Below, piece by piece: positions 48,736 through 56,549 of a stretch of 64,000 bases of DNA. The stretch spans positions 2,718 through 66,717 of the forward strand of contig CALRHW010000001.1 in assembly GCA_943359555.1 (NCBI GenBank). Reading direction: 5' to 3'. The position numbers were made by a program, and so were the translations under genes. The number at the start of each line of letters is the position of its first letter. The first letter of the stretch is position 1. This DNA comes from Parcubacteria group bacterium. GTDB lineage: Bacteria > Patescibacteriota > Minisyncoccia > Phycocordibacterales > CALRHW01. The notes beneath the pieces are model-generated. The model saw only the letters and a program-made list of their open reading frames with translations. It had not been told where the DNA came from and ran no database searches.

Positions 48736-48828
48736 AAAAAGAGCCTTTGAACTGTGCACATAAATTTCTGCTGAAATTTTGTTATGCTCGCGCCAAGCGC
48801 TCCGCAACACAGTTCAAAGGCTCTTTTT
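48736..48828. terminator. 21-bp perfect inverted repeat enclosing a 51-nt GC-containing loop between trmD and rpoB; T-runs on both strands
   Basis: AAAAAGAGCCTTTGAACTGTG ... CACAGTTCAAAGGCTCTTTTT, with the inner hairpin GCGCCAAGCGC. Confidence 0.6.
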
Positions 48829-48943
48829 CTTTCTATCTTGCTGTCGTCAGCAAAAAACACCAATTGCCCCCGCCTGCGCGAGTTATTTCTCAATATGTTT
48901 TTATTGGGCCATTTACTTCCTTTTTTATAAACCTATCTTATCA

Positions 48944-49630
48944 TTATTTTTTCCTCCCCTTTCTCCATTCCTCTATTTTTGCGTGATTGCCTGAAAGGAG
49001 AATTTTTGGGACGTGATATTTTTTGTTTTTGAAAGTAAAAACTTCTGGGCGGGTGTAAACGTCTGGGCTTGCAATGCGGGATTCTTCAAGCGACTGAGCA
49101 GAGCCGAGAACGCCTTTTACTTGTCGCGCGATGCAGTCTATCAAAATCATCGCGGGCAATTCCCCACCCGTAAGCACAAATGGTCCGACAGACACATCTT
49201 CCATTTTAAAAATCTTTTTGATGCGCGCATCTATGCCTTCATAGCGACCAGAGACGATGATGATGTTTTTATATTTTTTCGCGGATGATTTTGCGTAATC
49301 ATTTGTGAATTGTTTTCCGCTCGGCGACAAGAAAATGATTTTCGTGGATTTTGTAGGATTTTTTGCGCCCGCGCCATCACTAGCCCTACCCGTAGAGCTT
49401 TTTGAAATTGCTTTCGCTATCGCTTTCACCACAGGTAATGCTTGAATAACCATTCCCGGACCTCCGCCGTATGGTTTTTGATCTATGCGTCGCCATTTGT
49501 CTTCACTAAAGTCGCGCGGGTTGTAAAATTTGATGCGGATTTTTTTGTCTTCAATCGCGCGCTTAATAATAGACTCGCCTAGATACGAGCTGAAAGCGTC
49601 CTCAAATAATGTGATGATGTGAAATGTCAT
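48944..49630 (-). CDS. trmD: tRNA (guanine37-N1)-methyltransferase
   Basis: MTFHIITLFEDAF N-terminus. SPOUT knot motifs GGGPGMV and GRYEGIDARI. Confidence 0.9.
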   Translation of the reverse strand: MTFHIITLFEDAFSSYLGESIIKRAIEDKKIRIKFYNPRDFSEDKWRRIDQKPYGGGPGMVIQALPVVKAIAKAISKSSTGRASDGAGAKNPTKSTKIIFLSPSGKQFTNDYAKSSAKKYKNIIIVSGRYEGIDARIKKIFKMEDVSVGPFVLTGGELPAMILIDCIARQVKGVLGSAQSLEESRIASPDVYTRPEVFTFKNKKYHVPKILLSGNHAKIEEWRKGRKK

Positions 49631-49668
49631 GTGCTTATTAAACCACTAAATTAATAAAAAACAAGCTA

Positions 49669-49772
49669 AAAAGTAAAAGACCTAAAAAGGGGGTCGCGAG
49701 CACGACGGTGCGAGCGTTTCAGGATTTTTGAAGCTTAAAAAATCCGTACCCTTTTTAAGGTCTTTTACTTTT
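49669..49772. other. 22/24-bp inverted repeat arms enclosing a GC-rich core between the KH-protein gene and trmD
   Basis: AAAAGTAAAAGACCTAAAAAGG ... CCTTTTTAAGGTCTTTTACTTTT. The core GGTCGCGAGCACGACGGTGCGAGCG resembles the core of the 12444-12550 element. Inner hairpin GGATTTTT-GAAGCTT-AAAAATCC. Confidence 0.55.
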
Positions 49773-49784
49773 GTGCAGTATTTA

Positions 49785-50096
49785 TTAAATCTTCAAATCC
49801 TCCATCGCCTCGTCCACTGTCTTTGAAGCTTTTAGTTCACTTCTCATTCCACCTTCTGGCTCGTTGATTTTGAGATTTACTCTAGCGTTGTTTTTCATTC
49901 CCACAACTCGGAGCAAAGTTCGGATCGCCTTTGCTGTATTGCCTTCTCGGCCAATTATTTTTCCCATGTCTGCAGAGTTTACATCAAGACTCATAAGCAC
50001 GCCCATTTCGTCTACTGTTCTTTTAATCTTTACATCGTTTGGATTATCTACCAAAGCTTTGACTACGTATTCTAAAAACTGTGCGTCTTGTTCCAT
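49785..50096 (-). CDS. KH-domain RNA-binding protein (YlqC/UPF0109-like)
   Basis: KH GXXG loop IGREGNTAKAIRTLL. The likely start is MEQDAQ at 50096 (the listed ORF extends to 50204). Confidence 0.7.
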   Translation of the reverse strand: MEQDAQFLEYVVKALVDNPNDVKIKRTVDEMGVLMSLDVNSADMGKIIGREGNTAKAIRTLLRVVGMKNNARVNLKINEPEGGMRSELKASKTVDEAMEDLKI

Positions 50097-50253
50097 ATTT
50101 AAATTTACTAAACTGATCTGATAATAAGAATTACTTTCGTGCAGTGTGCGACTTTTTACTGCTTGTTTAATTTTATAATATTTAAAAACATAGTCAACGC
50201 ACAATAAATGTAAAACAAAAACACCCTTTCGGGCGGTTTTTTGTTTTTTAAAT

Positions 50254-50793
50254 TTAAACTTGTGGAGCTTCAGCTGGAGTTTCTGCTTTTACTTCTGGTT
50301 CAGGAGTGGAAGTAGGAACAACTTCAGGAGCTGGTGTTGCTTCAGGAGTCACTTCAGCAACTGGAGCTGGAGCAACGACTTCGGGAGCACTCGCTTCCGC
50401 AGATGCAGGTGCAGGTGCGACGGTTGCCTCCGTAGCCACAGCTGGCACAACAGTCGCCTCAGCGGTCGCAATCGGCGCAACGCTTGCAACAGGCACCTCA
50501 CTTACCTCTTTTGCGATTGGTTTTTTCTTTGGCAAAACGTTTACTTTTTTTCCTTCAATAATTTTTCTCGAAACGAGTAAATTGTGAACTGTTCCAGAAA
50601 GTTGCGCACCCACAGACATCCAGTGCTTTATTCTATCGTTTTTAAACTCCGCTTTTTCGCCACGACGAGAATCGTACGCACCTAAAGTCTCTAAAGTTTT
50701 TCCACTTTTTGGACCATTTTTAGAATCAGATAAAACAAGCCGAAATGTCGGTTCGTGCTTTCTGCCTACTCTTTGTAATCTAATTTTTAACAT
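50254..50793 (-). CDS. rpsP: 30S ribosomal protein S16 with ~115-aa Ala/Pro/Glu/Val-rich C-terminal extension
   Basis: MLKIRLQRVGRKHEPTFRLV is a canonical bS16 N-terminus. The low-complexity tail is APEVVAPAPVAEVTPEATPAPEVV... Confidence 0.85.
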   Translation of the reverse strand: MLKIRLQRVGRKHEPTFRLVLSDSKNGPKSGKTLETLGAYDSRRGEKAEFKNDRIKHWMSVGAQLSGTVHNLLVSRKIIEGKKVNVLPKKKPIAKEVSEVPVASVAPIATAEATVVPAVATEATVAPAPASAEASAPEVVAPAPVAEVTPEATPAPEVVPTSTPEPEVKAETPAEAPQV

Positions 50794-50873
50794 GGCGATT
50801 ATCTTAACAGAAGCGATTGATTTGGTCAAACGCCATTTGGTCAAAACGCGCGCTTCTGATATAGTTTTTACAA

Positions 50874-52829
50874 ATGCCAAAAAAGGTTTCCGGTCATATC
50901 AAAATTACTTCAAAGGTCATCGGGTATCTGCCAGTAGACGGCGTGCTAGAAGATATTGAAATACAAACAAGCGGATTAAAAACAGCGCTCAACGACGACG
51001 AGGTGGAAGTCGCGCTTCTTCCCATTGTAAAAGGTATTCGCCAGCAAGGTGAGGTAATGAAAATAATAAAACGCGCACGAATGGAGTTTGTGGGAACGAT
51101 AGAAAAAGTGGATGTGGAAAAAGTAGGGGGCGATTTTTTCCTCGTACCAGACGATAAAAAGTTTTATCGCGATATTTTGGTGCCTGCTTCTAGTGCTCTC
51201 AACGCACAAGACGGCGACAAAGCTTTCGTCCACATTACAGAATGGAAAGATATGGAAAGTCGGCCTCGTGGCGAAGTGCTTCGTGTGCTTGGAAAAAAGG
51301 GGGTGCACGATGTGGAAATGCAATCCATCGTTTTAGAAAAAGGTTTTGATACTGACTTTTTGCCTGAAGTAGAGGAAGATGCAAAAAAAGCTGCGACCAC
51401 GGCACGCGAAAATTTTGCGCAAGAAATTGCACGCCGAAAAGATTTTCGTGACACGACTACTTTTACTATTGATCCTGTGGACGCAAAAGATTTTGATGAT
51501 GCTATATCTTTTAAAGAACTCGCGGATGACGACTACGAAATAGGGGTGCATATTGCAGATGTGTCGCATTTCGTAACTGAAGGCACTGTACTTGACAAGG
51601 AAGCGCGCAAACGTGGCTTTTCTGTGTATCTCGTAGACCGCACAATTCCTATGCTTCCAGAAGAGCTTTCAAATGACATGTGTAGTTTAAATCCACACGA
51701 AGATAAGCTGGCTTTTTCAGCGGTTTTTGTAATGAGTAAAGATGGCAAAGTTAAAGAAAAGTGGTTTGGAAAAACTGTCATCAATTCAAACAAAAGATTT
51801 ACTTATGAAAATGCTATGGAGAGTATAAATACTGTGAAAGACGGTGTGAGTGGAACAGGCGAATTTTCAAAAGAGTTAAATATTTTAAATAAAATCGCAA
51901 AAATTTATCAAGAAGAAAGACGGATAAACGGCGCGATAGATTTTGAGACGGATGAAGTACGTTTTCAACTTGACGCTGATGGTGTGCCGATAAGTGTTTA
52001 CAGAAAAGAGCGTCTTGATACTCACAAACTCGTAGAAGAATTTATGCTTCTCGCCAATCGCGAAGTAGCTGAAGTGGTTTTTAAAGTAAATGAAAAAAGT
52101 AAAGACGGCCGAGCGTTTATTTACCGTATTCACCCTGAACCAAACGTAGAAAAAATAGAAAACTTGTCTATATTTTTAAAAGCTCTGGGTTTTGAGCTCA
52201 AGAGCAAAAACGGCAACGTAACTTCAAAAGACATAAATGCGATGTTACAAAAAATAGCTGGCTCGCCCGCAGAATCTTTAATTAAAACTGCAACTATTCG
52301 CTCAATGGCAAAAGCTATTTATTCTACAAAAAATGTTGGGCACTTTGGTTTGGGTTTTGAATTTTACACACATTTCACTTCCCCAATTCGTCGTTATCCA
52401 GATCTTATCGTGCACAGACTTTTGCAACGTCAGCTTGTCGGAGGAAAGGTAGCGCAAGATGAATTCGTAAAATATGAAAAAATTTCTATGGACGCGAGTG
52501 AAAAAGAAATTTCTGCTGCAGAAGCCGAACGTGCATCAATAAAATACAAGCAAGTAGAATATATGAGCAAACGAGTTGGTCAAGAATTTGAGGGCACGAT
52601 TTCTGGAGTTACAGAATGGGGTATTTATGTAGAAGAGGTTACTTCAAAAAGTGAAGGAATGATAAAACTCCGTGATATGAAAGATGATATGTATGAGCTT
52701 GATGAAAAAAATTACGCTATTATCGGCGTACGTACTGGTAAAAAATATTCTCTTGGTGATAAAATAAAATTTAAGGTGATGAGTGCGGATTTAAATAAAA
52801 AAATACTGGATTTTGCACTTGTTCAGTAA
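50874..52829 (+). CDS. rnr: ribonuclease R / RNase II-family 3'-5' exoribonuclease
   Basis: RNB catalytic domain (TIDPVDAKDFDDAIS; GVHIADVSHFV), N-terminal cold-shock-like domain and C-terminal S1 domain. Confidence 0.85.
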   Translation: MPKKVSGHIKITSKVIGYLPVDGVLEDIEIQTSGLKTALNDDEVEVALLPIVKGIRQQGEVMKIIKRARMEFVGTIEKVDVEKVGGDFFLVPDDKKFYRDILVPASSALNAQDGDKAFVHITEWKDMESRPRGEVLRVLGKKGVHDVEMQSIVLEKGFDTDFLPEVEEDAKKAATTARENFAQEIARRKDFRDTTTFTIDPVDAKDFDDAISFKELADDDYEIGVHIADVSHFVTEGTVLDKEARKRGFSVYLVDRTIPMLPEELSNDMCSLNPHEDKLAFSAVFVMSKDGKVKEKWFGKTVINSNKRFTYENAMESINTVKDGVSGTGEFSKELNILNKIAKIYQEERRINGAIDFETDEVRFQLDADGVPISVYRKERLDTHKLVEEFMLLANREVAEVVFKVNEKSKDGRAFIYRIHPEPNVEKIENLSIFLKALGFELKSKNGNVTSKDINAMLQKIAGSPAESLIKTATIRSMAKAIYSTKNVGHFGLGFEFYTHFTSPIRRYPDLIVHRLLQRQLVGGKVAQDEFVKYEKISMDASEKEISAAEAERASIKYKQVEYMSKRVGQEFEGTISGVTEWGIYVEEVTSKSEGMIKLRDMKDDMYELDEKNYAIIGVRTGKKYSLGDKIKFKVMSADLNKKILDFALVQ

Positions 52830-52836
52830 AAAATCT

Positions 52837-52899
52837 TTATAATAGGCTCGGAACGAGTTAGCGAAGCGCTTTAGAGAAGAGCCTATTATAACGATTTTT
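52837..52899 (+). terminator. long-stem terminator after rnr (13-bp AT-rich stem, 29-nt loop with a GC mini-hairpin, then TTTTT)
   Basis: TTATAATAGGCTC ... GAGCCTATTATAA followed by CGATTTTTAGG. Confidence 0.55.
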
Positions 52900-53000
52900 A
52901 GGACTTTATCTTTTCTTTGGGAAGTTTTTATCGTGTAGTTGGTAAAATAATTGTCCGCCAGAAATGGTGGGTGTATAATTATTAATAATAAAAAAACTAT

Positions 53001-53372
53001 ATGAGCAAAATAATTGAGAAACAAATAAAAAGTTTGGACGATAAGTTTGAAAAGAAGTTTGATAACTTGGATAAAAAGGTTAATTTGCTAGATAATAAAG
53101 TAGATGGTTTGGATAAAAAAGTTGATGGTTTGGATAAGAAAATTGACGGTGTTGATAAAAAAGTAGACAGACTAGAAAACAGGTTTGACAATTTTGTGGT
53201 GATGGTAAAAGAGGGTTTTGAAAAAATGGAAGAACGGTTTGATAATATGGATAAAAAATTTGAATATAGATTTGATAAGCTGGAAATGTACACACTAGGA
53301 AACACAAAAAGAATAGAAATTCTTGAAGACAAAATGGTTGTTGTTACCAAAAAAATTGGCTTAAAAATATAA
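53001..53372 (+). CDS. small coiled-coil protein with five tandem heptad (LDKKVDG) repeats
   Basis: 21-bp DNA tandem repeats at 53067-53171. Lys/Asp/Glu-rich, no TM. Confidence 0.55.
   Translation: MSKIIEKQIKSLDDKFEKKFDNLDKKVNLLDNKVDGLDKKVDGLDKKIDGVDKKVDRLENRFDNFVVMVKEGFEKMEERFDNMDKKFEYRFDKLEMYTLGNTKRIEILEDKMVVVTKKIGLKI
53067..53171 (+). repeat. 5 x 21-bp tandem repeat (coding)
   Basis: ttggataaaaaggttaatttg / ctagataataaagtagatggt / ttggataaaaaagttgatggt / ttggataagaaaattgacggt / gttgataaaaaagtagacaga. Confidence 0.8.
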
Positions 53373-53436
53373 CAAAAAAACTAATAAAAAACACTTGTAA
53401 AAAAACTTACTATCTTCGTATGTTATGTCTAGCTTC

Positions 53437-55788
53437 TTATTTCGCAACGACCACAGCTTCCTCAAACTCAATAGAAAGTAATTTTGAAATTCCGCCTGAA
53501 CCCATAGTTACTCCGTAAAGAATCCCCGCACGGGACATCGTCTCTCTGTTGTGTGTAATTAAAATAAGTTGAGAATATTTTGATAAATTCTCTATCATAT
53601 CTCCATATTTTCTTGAATTGGCTTCGTCCAACGCAGCGTCAGTTTCGTCCAAAATAATAAAAGGAGGCGGGTTTACCTGAGATACCGCAAAAAGAAGTGC
53701 GATAGAAGTAAGCGCTCGCTCACCACCAGAAAGCATCACAAGACCTTTGATTTTTTTGCGAGGCAGACTTACGGCAATATCCAAACCTTCAAGCTCCTCT
53801 TCCTCTTCTCTTATCTGTCCGTCTTCCATTTCAAGCACGGCAGATAAATCTGTATCACTATCGTCGCGAGAGTCGCGAGCGCGGTTTTTCTTTTTTTCTT
53901 TCACGACAAGAAGTGACGCATTTCCGCCACCAAACATAAGAGAGAAAAATTCCTGAAACTGAACGTTGATTTTTTCCACACCGTTTTTAAATTCTGTCGT
54001 AAGTTTTTCATCAAGTTCTGTGATGAGAATCTTTAGTGATTCGGCTGATTTTTGTAAATCTCCGAGCTCGCGTTCCAAAAATGAATCGCGCTCACTCACC
54101 TCTTTAAATTCTTTCATTATTTCGTCGCTTCCTCCACCACCAGCGTCCTCTATGCGAATTTTAATTTTTTCTATCACACGACGACGGTCTTCTTGGACTG
54201 TGCGTGGTTCTTTTTTGTTTGAGACTGTGGAGTTTGTGTCGGCGTTTTCGCTCGCGTTTTCGTCCGAGCCAGTAGTTGAACCCGAGCCCGCAGGCGCGAG
54301 GGTGTGCGACGCAAAATCAAGCACTGCTCGCCCCACAAGTACGAGAGCTTCGCCAAGCTCGCGCTTAAAATTTTCCTCTTCTAGTTTTACTTTATCTTCC
54401 GCATTTTTTACATTTGCGAGCGCCACAATGACCTCATTTTGTCGCGTCATCAAACTAAACATCGCTCGTTCCGCTTCTCTATTTGTATCTTTTTCTCGCT
54501 CAATTTCCGCGCGGAGTGCGTTGTATTCAGTCTGAAAAGCTACCTCTTCTTTTTCAAACGAGACCACTTTTACCTCCACATTTTTTTTCTGTAGAAAAAG
54601 CTCAGCTAAATATTCTTCAGACTCTCTTATAAGCGCGTCATTTCCACCTGAGCGATTTTTCGCCACAAAACTCACAACAATCTTTTTCACATTTTCAAAA
54701 AGTTTTTTTAATGCACCAATATCGCTCAAACCCTCCGCACTTTCAGCGCTTCGGACAACTTCATCTACAAAACCTTCAACTTCTTTCAAACTCACCATTT
54801 TCCCCTCTTCTGTCTGCGAGATTTCTTTTTGTTTTTTTATAATACGTTCCTCTGAAGACACTTCACCTTCTATTCTGCCGAGGTCGCGCATTAAAAAATC
54901 TTTTTCTCCACGCACACCGCGGATTTTTTCTTCAAGCTCTATAAGCTCTATACTTTTTTTATCTTTTCCCGTTGAGCCCTCCAAGATTTTCTTTGCACTT
55001 ACTAGCTCGTCTTCAAGCTTTTGTAATTCTTTTTGCAAAGGCGCGCGTTCCGCCACATTACTAGCATGAGTAAATTTTATATAATCATCTTCACGCTTCA
55101 AATATTCTAAATAAAGCCCTAAAAGCTCATCTTTCATCTGCAAAGTTTTTTCCACTTTCTCCATCTGCTTTTTGAGAAATCGTAAATGTGGAGCAACTTC
55201 TTTTCGTAAAGACTCCACAGATGCAATATTATCCTGAGTTTTTCCGAGCTTGCGTTCACTTTCTTGACGTTTGTATTGATATATCTTTAAACCAAGTGCG
55301 TCTTCAATCATCGCGCGACGATCCTTTAAATTTGCATTCAAAATTTTATCAGCTTCACCTTGAGAAATAATATGATGACCAGACGAGCCGATGTGTGCAC
55401 CAGAAAGAAGCTCAATAATATCTTTGAGACGCGCTTGACTACCATTTATAAAATACTCGTTTACAGAATCGCGATGTACGACACGCTCTAGAGAAACTTC
55501 ATCAAAATCAATATTTAGAAATCTTTTTCTATTATCAAAAATTACTTTTACAGAAGCGCGATTGGAACGACCTGTATCTACGCTGCCGTTAAAAATCAAA
55601 TCTTCACCTTTTTTTCCGCGCAAGGATTTTATAGATTGTTCGCCAAGCACAAAACGAAACGCCTCGGCGATGTTTGATTTTCCAGAACCGTTTGGACCAA
55701 CGATAGCAGAAATAGCGGAAGTGAACTCTAAATTACTTTTTTTTGCAAACGACTTAAAGCCGTTGATTTCAAGACCTTTCAAATACAT
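53437..55788 (-). CDS. smc: SMC-family chromosome-segregation ATPase, short form (783 aa) with Gly/Ser-rich linker in place of a canonical hinge
   Basis: N-terminal head GPNGSGKSN, and C-terminal signature LSGGERALTSIALLFA with Walker B ILDETDAALD. Mid-protein there is a low-complexity APAGSGSTTGSDENASENADTNS ... EDAGGGGSDE segment. Confidence 0.75.
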   Translation of the reverse strand: MYLKGLEINGFKSFAKKSNLEFTSAISAIVGPNGSGKSNIAEAFRFVLGEQSIKSLRGKKGEDLIFNGSVDTGRSNRASVKVIFDNRKRFLNIDFDEVSLERVVHRDSVNEYFINGSQARLKDIIELLSGAHIGSSGHHIISQGEADKILNANLKDRRAMIEDALGLKIYQYKRQESERKLGKTQDNIASVESLRKEVAPHLRFLKKQMEKVEKTLQMKDELLGLYLEYLKREDDYIKFTHASNVAERAPLQKELQKLEDELVSAKKILEGSTGKDKKSIELIELEEKIRGVRGEKDFLMRDLGRIEGEVSSEERIIKKQKEISQTEEGKMVSLKEVEGFVDEVVRSAESAEGLSDIGALKKLFENVKKIVVSFVAKNRSGGNDALIRESEEYLAELFLQKKNVEVKVVSFEKEEVAFQTEYNALRAEIEREKDTNREAERAMFSLMTRQNEVIVALANVKNAEDKVKLEEENFKRELGEALVLVGRAVLDFASHTLAPAGSGSTTGSDENASENADTNSTVSNKKEPRTVQEDRRRVIEKIKIRIEDAGGGGSDEIMKEFKEVSERDSFLERELGDLQKSAESLKILITELDEKLTTEFKNGVEKINVQFQEFFSLMFGGGNASLLVVKEKKKNRARDSRDDSDTDLSAVLEMEDGQIREEEEELEGLDIAVSLPRKKIKGLVMLSGGERALTSIALLFAVSQVNPPPFIILDETDAALDEANSRKYGDMIENLSKYSQLILITHNRETMSRAGILYGVTMGSGGISKLLSIEFEEAVVVAK

Positions 55789-55856
55789 AGATGCTTAAGA
55801 TTAACATTATTTTAAGCCATATAAAATACTTGACTTCTAGCTGTCTTTGTATTCAT

Positions 55857-56549
55857 TTACCACCCCTTTTTTTCAAGTCCTTTTCTTGCCGCCTCTTGTT
55901 CTGCGTCTTGTTTTGATTCACCTTCGCCAGAAGCTACGAGATTTTTACCGAGATATACGCCCACGGTAAATCTTTTATCATGGTCTGGTCCAGTTTCTTT
56001 TGTTGTTTTATAGGCAGGGGTAGTGCTTTCCCTTTCCTGCGCTTTTTCTTGAAATAAACTTTTTGAATCTATCCAAGTGCCTTTTGAAATAATGTCCCCG
56101 ATAAGTGGCGAAATATTTTTGTAAATGAATTCTTTTACAACCTCATATCCTTGGTCTACATAAATAGCGCCGATTATTGCTTCAAGTGTGTTTGCTAAAA
56201 TATATTGTCGTGCGCGACCAGTATCTTTCATTTCTCCGCGAGATAAAAGTAAAAAGTCATTTACAAAAAGAGACGTCGCCACGCGCGCGCAAGTCGTCGC
56301 GTTTACAAGTGCACTGCGGAAGCTCGTCATCTGACCTTCATTTGATCCAGGGTATTCTTTGTATAAATAATCTGTAATTACAAGCTCCAGCACCGCATCA
56401 CCTAAAAATTCCAAGCGTTCGTTGTGTTCAAGTCCAGAGTCTTTGTTTTCATTTATATATGAACGATGAACAAACGCTTGTTTCAGTAGCGTTTTGTCGC
56501 GGAATTTTAATCCAGCTTTTTCTTCAAATTTTGAGAAGTTTATGTTCAT
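55857..56549 (-). CDS. rnc: ribonuclease III
   Basis: ERLEFLGDAVL signature and a C-terminal dsRBD. Confidence 0.9.
   Translation of the reverse strand: MNINFSKFEEKAGLKFRDKTLLKQAFVHRSYINENKDSGLEHNERLEFLGDAVLELVITDYLYKEYPGSNEGQMTSFRSALVNATTCARVATSLFVNDFLLLSRGEMKDTGRARQYILANTLEAIIGAIYVDQGYEVVKEFIYKNISPLIGDIISKGTWIDSKSLFQEKAQERESTTPAYKTTKETGPDHDKRFTVGVYLGKNLVASGEGESKQDAEQEAARKGLEKKGW

Noticed and set aside
50260-50587. Two plus-strand ORFs (106 and 93 aa) full of Ala/Ser/Gly/Cys/Arg
   Set aside because: They are antisense or alternate-frame shadows of the GC-rich, repetitive S16 tail-coding region.
53080-53307. 75-aa minus ORF antisense to the coiled-coil repeat gene
   Set aside because: It is the reverse-complement reading of the 21-bp repeats and has no independent support.
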